This document shows positions 1 to 12,400 of a stretch of DNA of 39,591 bases, piece by piece. The position numbers and the translations under genes were made by a program. Source of the stretch: a bacterium. Lineage in GTDB: Bacteria > SAR324 > NAC60-12. Every line of letters begins with the position of its first letter. Position 1 is the first letter of the stretch. The notes under the pieces are model-generated. The model was not told where the DNA came from, ran no database searches, and saw nothing but the letters and a program-made list of their open reading frames with translations. Location: contig CBDDTI010000075.1 in NCBI GenBank assembly GCA_965233585.1, positions 1 through 39,591 of the forward strand. Reading direction: 5' to 3'.

Positions 1-255
1 GCTGCCCATGGCAGCCACGGGCTGCTCGGAGGTCTTCGTGCTTCAAGGCTACAGGCAGGAGTGAGTTTTTTTTTTTTGCAGCCCCTCCCAGCCCCCCAGG
101 CCGTGGCAGCCGGGGGGGCAGCCACGCGCAACTCGGAGGCCTTCGTCTTTGAAGGCTGCAGGGCAGGACTGAGGTGGTTCCCCTTCTTGTGTTGGGGAAC
201 GAGGGGTGGGTGTGGGGGGGGATTAGCAGGTTTGGCCCGTACCGTAACGGACATC
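1..255 (+). repeat. GC-rich degenerate tandem duplication ending in a G-tract; possible end of an interspersed repeat
   Basis: ggcagccacg..ctcggaggtcttcgtgcttcaaggctacaggcagga (10-60) recurs as ggcagccacg..ctcggaggccttcgtctttgaaggctgcagggcagga (117-168). G-tract at 203-221. Confidence 0.55.
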
Positions 256-408
256 TCTATATGATATGATGATTCAGATGATTCATATTGGTTCGTAACG
301 TAAATGTTTTTTTTTTGCGCTTTTGGCTTAGGCTTTGATCATTGCATCATTCCTGCTTGATTGAAAAACCAACTGTGAGCTCATCGAACTTCGAACATCA
401 GTCATCAG

Positions 409-2906
409 GAATTAAACTGGTTGCAGTAGGTGGTCATAGCCCGGAACCCTTTACACTGCCCGGTCATCCTATCGTTGCGGCCCCGGCGGCATTGCAGGGC
501 CGGCCTATCCGAGATCCTTTGCCCAACGATGTGGAGGCGAGGTCATGGGGTAGGTAGGTGGCCAGCAAGTCCAGGTGAATCTGCATTGATAATTCAGACT
601 CTACTCTAGTCTCTACACTCTACACTTACACTCTACATTGCACTGTAGATTCACAATGTAGACTTGTAATTGTAGGCTGTAGTAGACTCTGTAGACTCTA
701 GGCCCTCTAGAGTCTAGGACCCTAGACTCAGTGAAACTTGAAAATTTGAAACTTTGATTTGTTTCCCCAAATTTGTTTAGAAATTTTCAATTGAGCAATG
801 CGAACCGTGTTAGTTTCAATCATTCATTTGCATCCTTTGACCAAACTGACCCTCCAGAGTTCGCATGGTGAATGATTCTTGGGCGCCAGGCTGATCATCG
901 TGCGTCGGCTGCTGCTCCGTCCAACGCCAATTTTGCGGCAGATCGGGTCCAACCCATGGCCCAGGAATTTAGTTTAGTTTTGTTGAGTCTTGTTTTGTTA
1001 AGACAAAATTGCAAAAACTAAGTAGTTAAACACTGCTTAAACGACTTAACGGACTTAACGGGACTTAACGGACTTAACCGAACGGTTAGTTTAAATTTAA
1101 TTTTATTTTAAATTTTAAATTTTAAACTTTTTTAAAACTTTAAACTTTAAAAACTTTAAACTTTTAAATACTTTAAACTTTAAACTTTAAATTTTAAACT
1201 TTAAATTAAACTTTAAACTTTAAACCGTTTAAAGTTTAAACCTTTAACTTTAAACTTTAAACTTTAAACTTGAACTTTAAACTTTACTTTAAACTTTAAA
1301 CTTTAACTTTAAACTTTATAAACTTTAAATTTTAAACTTTTAAAATTTTAAATTATTAAACTTTAAACCATTATAGCTTTAAAATTAAAATTCAAAGTTT
1401 AAAAACTTTAAACTTAGACTAGACTTTAACTTTACCTTTAACTTGAAACTTTAAACTACTTTAAACTTTAAGGTTAATCGAAACTGCAAACTGTGATCTG
1501 TAAACTGTAAACACTGTAAACCGTAAAAACTAAAAACGTTAGATGTTAAACTTAAACAATCAAACCGTCTAATTTTTAAACAAACTTTAAATTTTAACTT
1601 TAAATTTAAATTATATTTGAAAACTTATCCCAACTTGTCATTAAAAATTTTTAAATCTACTACACAAATCAAAGAATTTAAAACTAAAATTTAGAAAATT
1701 TAAAACTTCAAAGTAAAACTTACCTATTACTAGATTACTGAAAATTAAAGTTCAAACCTGTTAGGCCTGTTAGGTTAAACTTTAAATTTTAAACTAACTT
1801 TAAACTTTAAATTTTAAACTTTAAAATTTAAACCGTTACTTTAAACTTGTAAAATCTTTAAAATTTAAAATTTAGAATTTAACAATTAAAACCGGTCAAA
1901 CCGGAAACTTTAAACAACTCTAGAAAATCAAAACTTAAATTTAAACTTAGACAAAAACTGTCAATTTGATTGATTCATGGTGAAGGTTCAGATTTATCAA
2001 TTGTTTATTTGTTCATGTTTTTGCCAAGTCATCCGTCCGCCTGCTTGGAGGATGGAAAAGGAGTCGGAGCAGGAAAAGGATATGGCAAGGCAGGGCCATG
2101 TCATGTTGAAAGAGTGTTTCTGACAGTTTCTGCAAACTTCTGGCAAGGTGTCATGTCAACAGTTAGACTGGCCATTTTTTTAACTTGAAGTTCCAACTGT
2201 TGAGAATTGATATGGTTTCTACAAGTTTCTACTTCACAGCAACATGTATATTACATTATGAATTATAATTATAATATATTATTATTACTACTTACTCTTA
2301 TATTATTATAATATGTACATATTTTTCCCATCTCTCCGTTTTGATTTTGAAAAGGCATGCCGCCTTATGATTGAGTATGGAGATTTCCAAATGGAGGCAG
2401 CGGCAGCTAGCTTCACATTTGTTCATGTCATGCACATTTAAACATAATCAGAACCAATTACATGACATGATGTTATCAAGTTGTTTGAAATTACATGAGT
2501 TACATGTTCTCTATTCAAGATTCAAAGCTGTCAACTTTGTCAACTTTGAAACGTGCACCGTGCATCAATGTTCTTTTCTAGTTTTCTCAAACTTTCCTCT
2601 CTGTTGTGCAGCTGATCGTTTCTGTTAGTTTTGATGTTTGATGTCTCGGATGTTTGGCAGATCCAATCTGACAGAGCTCTCATCCGCCATGCCATTCGTT
2701 CCCCTGCGCGAGCCTCACTTCGGCGTTGTTAACAGCTAGCAGTGTTTTCAGTTGCATTATGTTGCATTTGATTCATTTGATTATGGTTGTGCAGCATGGG
2801 TCGTCAAGATGCGATGTGGTGACAGTTTAGCCGGTCAGTCAGTCGTTCAAGGAAAGCAACGAAGATGCATACTTGTGAGGCAGCTGCTGGGCAGAGGGAA
2901 TCTTAA
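409..2906 (+). CDS. Probable 3' part of a spliced gene; Ala/Pro/Gly-rich protein of unknown function (5' end probably outside the window)
   Basis: In-frame exons 409-536 (GIKLVAVGGHSPEPFTLPGHPIVAAPAALQGRPIRDPLPNDVE), 890-964 (ADHRASAAAPSNANFAADRVQPMAQ), 2051-2089 (DGKGVGAGKGYGK) and 2880-2906 (AAAGQRES*). All have AG|G acceptors; donors are GC, GA, GC. The exons are GC-richer islands in AT-rich sequence. The terminal exon is uncertain. Confidence 0.5.
1040..1950 (+). repeat. Degenerate (CTTTAAA)n heptamer satellite, intronic
   Basis: Long runs such as actttaaactttaaactttaaa, with a CTGTAAA patch at ~1485-1525. Confidence 0.9.
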
Positions 2907-3446
2907 GAGCCTTGAGAGCTTGCATTCGGCTTTGATTAGATATGCAACATGTGACTGGAGTGATCTAAAAATACAGCAGTCAACCAGTAAACCAGTTAAA
3001 AACGGTAAGCTTTCAGTAACCGCCCAACTTCACTAAACAGTCAAACTTCGGAACCATTGGAATGGTCTTGTTTTGTTTGTAGTAGTTTTAAGTTCTGATT
3101 TGAAGTTTGCATTCTTTTCAGCTCTCGGTTCAGCGGTGGCGGCTTTTGGGCCAGCAGTGCCAAATTCCATGTCTCAGCCATTAGTCGTGGACTCTTGGTG
3201 TTGATGGCAGCTGATGCCAAACTGACTGTGTCAAACGCAAGCTGACACATTTTGATCACCTGTGCCAGCTTAAATGGTGTGACCCACTGCCACCGACCAT
3301 GTTTTCTGCTAGCAAACTAGTTGTAGTTTCAGTTCGGTTTAGTTTAGTTAGTTTAAGTTTTTAGTCTTTGTTCTTGATGAAACGGTTTTGGGCCATTTGG
3401 GGTTACTTGCACAAGCACAGCTAGCGATGACAACATTGATGCGGCG

Positions 3447-6400
3447 ATGTGCCGTGGTTGCAATGCAAAAAAGGTTCCTGATGAAGAGTGGATGATGAGA
3501 TATCGGATTGCTGTGGAGGAAAACTGTCATCGGATATCGTATACCCAAAACTTCCTAAACGGTTGATAATTTTTTGATAACTGAAAACTGAACGCAATGA
3601 ACTTGAATCCATGACCAATCAATGTACCATGATGATATGAAGCACAAGAGTCAAGAGGTTTTCTACTTCACTGAACTTACAACAGTGGGAATGTTGGTAC
3701 TGTATTTTAAATTGACCTCTTGAAGCTTGGGATGCTAACTTCGGTATCGTCATCCGGCTCGCTCCCGGCAGGACCCGCAGGTCTTCTGCTTCCGTTAAAG
3801 ATGTGGAGGCAGCGTCTCTTATGTTGACGCAAGTGAAGCGGCTGGCCGGAAACTTGTGTGAATTCACCACCACCGCCAGCGCCAAGAAGAAGCCGGTGAA
3901 TAGTAGGACCACAAGTTTGGTTCTGGCGAGGGCAGGCAGGGCGTTTAATTGCTGCTATTGCTATTGCATTAAAACTTCCTGAAATATTGAACTAGTTATA
4001 AGTTATAAGTTATAAATCAAGTTATAACTTACTTATGACTTAGACTTATACTACTTATTATACACTCACAATATATTGTAACGTAACTGTAATGTAACCC
4101 TGTGACTCTGACTCCGGCTATAGATACTCTAGACTCTAGACACTCTACTCCAGACGCTAGACTCTAGACACTCTAGACTAGACTAAACTAGCTGACAGAT
4201 AGACTACTGCAGAATATTGGGCGCGCAAGTGACCCGAGCCGCTTTGCCTGGGAATTTGAGGCAATGTCATTTCAAATTCAATGATACTGTTGTCGTCAGT
4301 CGTGCTACTGATTATCAATGAGTGGGGTGGGACTGGAGGCAAAGGCCGTCGCCAACTCCTACGGCGTGTGGACACAAGGCTCCAGACTGTAAGGCGGGTG
4401 AGTTGCAGATGTGTCCAACAAATTTAGCTTCCAACTTTTGAGCCAGCTAAACTTTAAGATTCCATTATTTTTTACTGACTTGCGTGTTATTGTTATTGTT
4501 TCAGCTTTGAATTAGAATTTGATGGTTTGTTTTGAGCCATTGGTGCCACACTGATATCACCGACGCAATGATATGAAATCAGTGACCTCAGCTGATATCA
4601 TGGATACCCAATTCGTTGATGTTCTCAGATGCAAAAGGTTCCAGAGTTACCATCAGTCATGTCATGCAATGAATTCTTTGCTGTTGAGTTCGGCCCAGGC
4701 AGAAGGTGAGGCTATACAACAAGAATCATGCGGTTCGGAGGAGTGATCTCATCAACGAAGATACCGAGAACTGGGGGGAGAAAAAACATGACAAAGTACG
4801 AGGTAAAGGTGGGAGCGGAAGTTGCCGATGGTTGGAAAAACACGGTTGGAGATGTTCAACTCCAAGTGGTTCCAAAGATGGAAGTTGAGCATTCTATTTA
4901 TTTTGTTTCGTTTCGTTATTCTGAATTCTGAGTGGTTACCGGGAATGTTTTTTTTAATCTTTTGAAAATTGAGTTCGATGCCCATGTGAGAGATTTCTGG
5001 TTGGCCATTGGCCTGCATCAAAACGGCAGGGAAGCACCGTGAGTGGACCTCAGCAGCAATCCTTCGAGTTGCGTTCCTCAGACTTGAATTTGAAGTTTGA
5101 AGTCTGGATATCGGCAATATTTAATTAAATTGGCTTGATCAGGAGGGTTTAATCCAGATTGGTTGCTGTACGTTTTCATTCTGATTGGCTGCTGCGCCCT
5201 AAAGATATGATATCCGTATCCCAGAAAAAGGCATCTGGAATCTTCATTGATATGAATTTGATTCTGATTTTAAATTGGTGTGCGCAAAGCACTGTGGGGG
5301 GGTCCTAAGCTGTGCAAAAAATTTTCAAGCAAGCACCTTGTTATTTGTGAATTGAAAAATATCCATCGCAACTCAGATGAGAAAGCCATGCCTCAGGCTT
5401 GGACGCGCCACGGACCAGGTGCTTCGATGGTCCAAGGGGCAACCAAGGCTGGCGAAATTGGCATCGAAGTCGCCATGCATGCCGCTCAACCAACAGCAGT
5501 TCATTTGAATGGTTCCAATTTCACTGTTCGATCTGTTCCAACAGTTCAAGCAGTTCAGCCGACGGTTAGAGTCATGAGTCATGAGTCATAAGGCTTAGTC
5601 TTAGTTATAGTTACTTAATTAATTAGTTAGTTAGTTAGTTAGCTAGTTAGTTAGCTAGTTGGTTAGTTAGTTAGTTAGTTAGGTGTATAGAGTGACAGTT
5701 ACTAAAATGCTAAAGTAGGCTATAGGTTTGTGTTGATTAAATTACTATTATTGACTATTGACTATGGACTATTGACTATTGACTATTGTGGACTATTAGT
5801 GACTATTGACTAGTAAGTATTATTATTATTATAGATTAGATTCGATTGATTAGATTAAATTAGATTCGATTAGATTATTAATGATTACTAATTGATAAAT
5901 AATATGGCTTGATTATGATTCATAATTAATAAAACAATAATTATATTTAAATTTGAATTCAAATTGAAATTTTAAATAACTATGCTATGACTATGACTAT
6001 GACTAAGACTATGACTAATGACTAGACTCGACTATAACATAACTACTAAATACAATGACAAGACAAGACAATACATATGTCGTGTTCCTATTGCAACCTA
6101 GGTTTTCGGCGAATGCTTTGGCGTTCTTCCTACGAAGTGGGACTTCGACCATTGCCCAAGCCTGATCCCCAGTATTGAGCGCCGAAAGCCTGTGGGAAGA
6201 ATCTAGAATCCAGCCATACCACAATATTGTAAGACTGCAAGACTGTACGACTCGTGACTGTACAATATTCAGTATTCACTATTCGGGAAAAACAAATTCG
6301 TTTCAATTTCAATCATTACATGAACCATGAATCAATCACCGCAATCACCCATTGTTCTTGAGCACAAAGCGCTGTTCACTGTGTTGCGCTGTTCGCTAAG

Positions 6401-9400
6401 CTGAAATCAGAAATTTGACTAATTTCTGCTCACTGCTCACCGTTCTCTAGTTGCGACTGTTTGGTGCGGTCAGATCTGTTGCTGCTTGAGGCCCAAAGTG
6501 CTTTGTGCAGTTTGTACCTGGAAAAACAGCAATCTGCCTTCGTTGCCATGGCCCAGGGCACAGATGTTCGTGCCCTGGCCCTCCACATTGAATACGACGA
6601 GACCGGACAAAAACTCCGACTCAAAAGGAGTTGGACACGTGACCACCAAACAACGCTTTCAGTCTTGGTTTCTTTATTGCAACAGCCCAGCAACGGTCTA
6701 GGCCAGTTCCGGCAAGTTTCCTTCCTGTTACTGTTAATGACTTAATGATCACTAAACCGTTTGACTGACTGACTTATTTGCTTGCTACTCATTTGATACT
6801 TTGATCATCACCCAATGACTGACGACTCATTGCTGAGAGCACTGATTACCCACTCATTGATGACTAGATTTCTGTAGCCACAGGCCACAGTCGCTGTAGT
6901 CACTGCAGTCAGTCTCTGCTGTCAAGGTTTCAAGAACCACGGCGTTCGTTGCTGGAAGCAACGGTATCATGTCACGAGCTGTCAGGGCCTCAGTCTTTTT
7001 TCGCTGGATAAACCACAGCAGCAATAACGTAACATCATGAATCACAGCTATAACTCATAAGAGACTTGACCAAACATAATCAAAGGTTCATGATATTGCG
7101 TGATGAGACTGTAAGAGGAACTAGCAGAAGGCGATTGTATGTTGGGAAGATGGTGTGCTTAGCTGAGATCATCAATGCACCTGCCGTGCTGTGGCGGCAG
7201 ACGGCCCTTGCGCTTTGGCGCGGCCTAGTTGCCAAACAGATGGTTCACCCTTTCAGACCTGGCCTCAGGCCCCAATGGTGTGATGTCAGTCCTTGTCTTT
7301 CGAACTCACATCATTCACAGTTGTTTCGTTTGAAAAATGAAAAATGTGTTCTTTTTCTAAACAAACATGATGAGGCCTCTCTGGAGCGGCCCCTTTGGTA
7401 CTTTTGCAGTTCATCTGTGACAATGCTGCGGCCAACGGCCTTATGTTCCGGCGGGTGGTGCAAACCTGCCCCAAAAACGTGCTGTCAGCTTTTCAAAAGT
7501 GCCTCATGTCCGATCCTCAGTTCATTTGATTCACTGATTCAGATTCATATGATTTGTTAGTAAATAGTAAATAAGTAAATGGAATAGGGAAGTTTTTTTT
7601 GCAGACCCCGAACTCCCTTACCAATGCCCTAAATTTTGCCCGGCCCTAAATAGTGGGTTTGACGGTTTGACCAACCCTTGGGGCCATTTGAGCTGATTTT
7701 GATTGATGAGCAAAGGCATCAGGCAAATCTCTGCAGCGAAATTGGTTGGAAAACCTTGGGTTGCCTACCAGACATGCCGCGGCCTGATATTGACTTGTGC
7801 TGTGGTGCAGAGTCCAGAGTTTTGAGATGTTCAATGTTGAATATTGACTTTGTTTTGCCGTTTTTTTTTGAAAATTCAAAACGCTAAAACACTGTACTAG
7901 TTACTAGATGTTGACATTGTTTTACCTCACTTTTATTTATTACTTAATTACTCTTATATTATTGTTGACTTAGCTTACTGAACTTAAACTTAGTTTTTAA
8001 AGTTAAGTTTAAAAAGTTTTAAGTTTTAAGTCTTAATTTTAAGTTTTAAGTTTTGAGTCATTTAAGTCATTTAAGTTTAAAAATTAAATTAAAAGGATTT
8101 TTTTTTTAAAAAAATAAAGTATTTGAATCTTAAATTTCATTTATTTAAAATCTTAAAACTACTTACTTTCAGATGATTCATTTAAAACTTAAAAGTTTGA
8201 AACTTTTAAGTTTAAAGTTTAAAGAAGTTTAAAATTTAAAGTTTAAAACTTTAAAGTTTAAAGTTTAAGTTTAAAGTTTAAAGTTTAAATTTAAAGTTTA
8301 AAGATTTTAATTTTTTTAAAGTTTAAAATTTTTAACGTTTAGTTTAATTTAAAAGTTGTTTAAAGTTTAAAGTTTTTAAAGTCTTATTTTTTTAAAGTTT
8401 AAAGTAGGTGTTTAAAGAGTTTAAGATTTTATTTCAAATTTTTAAAGTTTAATTTTACAAAGTTAACGTTTTTAAAGTTTAAAGTTTAAGTCGTTTTCAA
8501 TGTTTCCTTAAAGTTTAAAGTTTATAAAGTTTAAATTTTAAAGTTTAAAATTTAAAGGTTAAAGTTAAAGTTTAAAGTTTAAAGTTTAAGCTGAAAGTTC
8601 GAATTTAAAGTTATTTAACACATTTAAAGTGTTAAACTTTAAAGTTAAAGTCTTTAAAATTTAAGTTTACAATTTAAACTTTTAAATGTTAAACAGTTTA
8701 AACTTTTAAACAGGTTTAAAGTTTAAAATTTTAAGTTTGTTTAACGTTTTGCAGTTAAAAAAAAGGACATTTAATAAAGTTTAAAGTTTTAATTTTAAAG
8801 TTTAAATTTTAAAGTTTAAGTTTAAAATTTAAAAGTTTAAAGTCTAGAGTCTAGAGTCTAAAATTCAACATTAAAATTAAAAGTTACAGTTCAAGTTCAA
8901 ATTTAACAGTTAAAGTTAAAGTTAAAGTTCAAAATTAAAAAAATGTGAGTTTAAGTTTAAGTTTAAAGTTGTTTGAAAATAATCTAACTGAATTGTAAAC
9001 TTTGAGTGTTACTGTTAAATAACACTGTTAAAGTTAAGTTAGGTGTGCTAAACAATCAGAGGTTTCAATTCGTTGAAAGCTTTGTAAGGTTGAAGCCAGT
9101 TTTGCAATTTTAAACTTCAAAATTCTAAAGGCGTTCAAAATAAAAAGTTTAAAGTTTAAAGTTTAAAATGTAGTAAGTTTAAAGTTAAAGTTTAAAAAAT
9201 TAAAGTTGTTTAACATTTTTAAAAGAGTAAGCTTGCAGTTTAGTTCGAAGTTTAAAGTTTAACGTTTAAAACTTTAAGTAAGTTCATGTTTTTTTTATTG
9301 TTTCACGTTTAGCGTTTAAGTAAGTTAAAATTCAAAACAGTGTTTAAAATCAAAAGTAAGTTGTGTTTTAAAGCTAAACGGCTAAATATTTAAAGTTTTT

Positions 9401-12400
9401 AAAATTTAAAAGTTTAAAGTTTAAAGTTTTTAAAGTGTAGAGAGTTTTGAAAATGGAGTTTTGAAATTTGAGTAGTTTAGAAAGTTTAGAGTCTTGAGTC
9501 TAGAGTATCATCCTTTGAACCAGTTTTAAAAAAATAAAGTTCGATTCATTTTCTTTGAAAGTTTAAAATGTTTGAAGCACGCTTGCAAATTTAACATGAA
9601 TTTTAAACTAAACACTTTAACTGACTTTAACTTTAACTTTAACCTTTAAACTTTAACAGCTTTAACAAATATCATTCAACTTTAAATTTTAAAGGTGTTT
9701 TGCACACACTAGGTTATGACTATGATGTATTTGATATCAATTATTTATATTATTAAGATTAAATATTAATAATGTAATCAACATCAAAATCACAATATTG
9801 TTTTTTAAAATTATATCATATTTCGTCTTTACTTAAAAAATAATGATACATTTTTTTTAAGGTTGGATTGATTACGTTTCATTTTATGTTCGCATTGTCA
9901 TCCCGTAGGCATGGCTGCTTTGCACCTGGTTTAGTCAAGCATTCGCTGAGGTTCAACTGCAGCTCGCTTCTTTCACAGGGGTCTATGTTCTTTGAATTGA
10001 TTCAGAAGATCCGGGCGATCCTGACTAACACGCTCATTGTGAAATACGACCCGCCAGCAGCTCAGTTCCCATTGGCCAGTGGCTTTTGTTAGTATTGTTA
10101 GACTCTCCCAAGGCCAGAGCAAGCCAATTTGGATTTTGCCCGAAGCCTGCTGGAGGAGGCCCACCGTAGAAGCACGGCACCAAGAATTCAGGACCACTGC
10201 ATATTATAATGCAAATTGGAAGACTGCGCAAGGTTCTCTAGACTTTGAAAGATTGTAGACTAGTTTCTGGCTCTAGCCCCTACCTCTAGGCTCGAGACGC
10301 CCTAGACTCTAGACTCTAGACACTACCCTGGGAGAGTTTCAATCGTGAAGAACTTGATGAGCCATTCATGAGTCATGAATGGCTTACTTAGGTCCGCATC
10401 CCATCTGACGAGATTGAAGAGCAGCACACAGATGTCCACAATGACCGAACGCACGCAGCTGAAATGCTTCTTCTCATGGCGAACGGAGATCCTCACCACT
10501 GCCTTTGTTTTCACTTTTGGGTTGGTGGTGCGCGTGCTGGGGTTTGCTTGTCACTGTCACTGTTGTGGCTACTGGTACTGATACTGCTGTTGCTGTTTAC
10601 TTAGTTTGTTAACCATGTTCTGTCATCTGTCAACATATGATTTAAATTTTAATAATTTAAATTTAAATTTAAATAGTGTTTCTGCGGATGAGGATTGGAC
10701 CAGCAAGACCCCTGTACACCATTGCAAGCTGGGATGCTGTCTGAATCGGACAGAAAGCGGCACTGGCCTCAGCGCATTGGATGATGAATGCTTTTCTTTT
10801 CTTCAACGGCTTTGCGGCAATCCTGATTTTCTTGGATTAAGTCAAGTCTGATTAAGTCAGTAATGATTAAGGACTAAGACTAAGACTCGAACTTAAATTT
10901 CAATTTTAAGCCAATTTGAATTAAATTAACCTCTTCAGGACTTTAGAGAGTCTAGACTCTAGACTCAAGACTCAGACTGGCGACATCTGGGGACTATTCA
11001 TGTTACAATGTTACAACTCAGTCCCCAGCTCCAAGTGTAGAGTCAGTACAGGCAGTATAGTAGGTTTGATTTTGAGTCAGGATTCACTTCAAAATTCATA
11101 TTACAACAGATCCATGCAGATGAAATGTTTGAAGCTGAAGCTGGAACTTGAACTTGAACTTGATTTGACAAAACCACAAATCAACATACCAGCAGGAGTT
11201 TGAAACTAGTTTTAGTCTAAGTCTAAAGTTTTAGTTTCAGGATTTGCTTGAAGTTGAGGCCACAAGTTTTTTGCCGCTTTTTTGGACTACGCGCAGTGGG
11301 CTGAGACGATTCTGTTTTTGGTTTGATTTGACAAACTGTCACAAATATAATATATGATCCATTCGGATTAATTCCAGTGCTGATGCTGCAGCCTACGTAC
11401 AAGTTACCAGGATGCTTGAGACTTGAAATTTGAAAGAGGTTTGAAGTTTGAAGCATCATTATTGACAATTTACTGTCCTTCATTCACTAACGGCCACACT
11501 AATAACTAACAACAATGGTAATTGACTTATTTTGCATTAGGATTTGAAGAGACACCCATCAAGCCTCTGTGACAGCCAGAGTGATCCTGTTGTTGCCAAG
11601 GCTTGCAAAGAGGCCATGCATCCCCAACATTTCAAGGTGGCTGTCCTGCGGTGAGAACGCACGCTTTTTCATGTCTGGACCTGAGCACTCTTTGATTTTT
11701 CTTGTCCAGGCTTACATTGGAATCGTTGACCGTGAAAACGAATACCTCCAATGGTCCAATACAGTAACAGTAACAGTAACAGTGTAACAGTACACATGTT
11801 GTACAAGTTTTGCTATTACATTACATTGTTTAGTGTTCATGGTTGAAAGAAAGTTAAGGGACGATGCCATTTTGTCACTTGAGGCTGGGTTTTGCTCTGC
11901 ACAACGTTCTTGGGCAAGCTTGGTTCGAAGCTCATGGCTGGACGTGCTTATCATTGGACTGGATTGAATCCATTGAACATTGGCTGTGGTGACTGTGGTG
12001 TATGTAGGCAGCTGTAAGCACTGTGTACACTTGGAACGTGTAACACTGACACTGTAACGCTGTAAGACTTGTATACTTGTTACTTGATTATAATACTTGT
12101 ATTGTATTGTATTGTATTGAGTATTGACATTGTATTGATTGTATTGATTTTTACTTTAGTTTAGTTTAGGTTTAGTCAGTCAGTGATATTATTATATTAT
12201 AATTTATTAATATTATATAATAATTTAATAATATAATATAATTATAATGATTAATTAATTATATGAATTATAATTAAATTATATGAATTATATGTATACT
12301 GTATACTATATACGTATACTGTATAATGTATACATTATCATTACATAATATAAGTTAAGGCAGAGTTAAGATAAGATTCTCATATTATAATATGATATAT

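Noticed and set aside
6854..7045. Minus-strand ORF (...IPLLPATNAVVLETLTAE...) that looked like an inverted transposase exon
   Set aside because: It is the antisense shadow of the + exon at 6927 (VSRTTAFVAGSNGIMSRAV), which splices in phase to the next exon. The + strand already supplies the equivalent segment (NAPAVLWRQTALAL).
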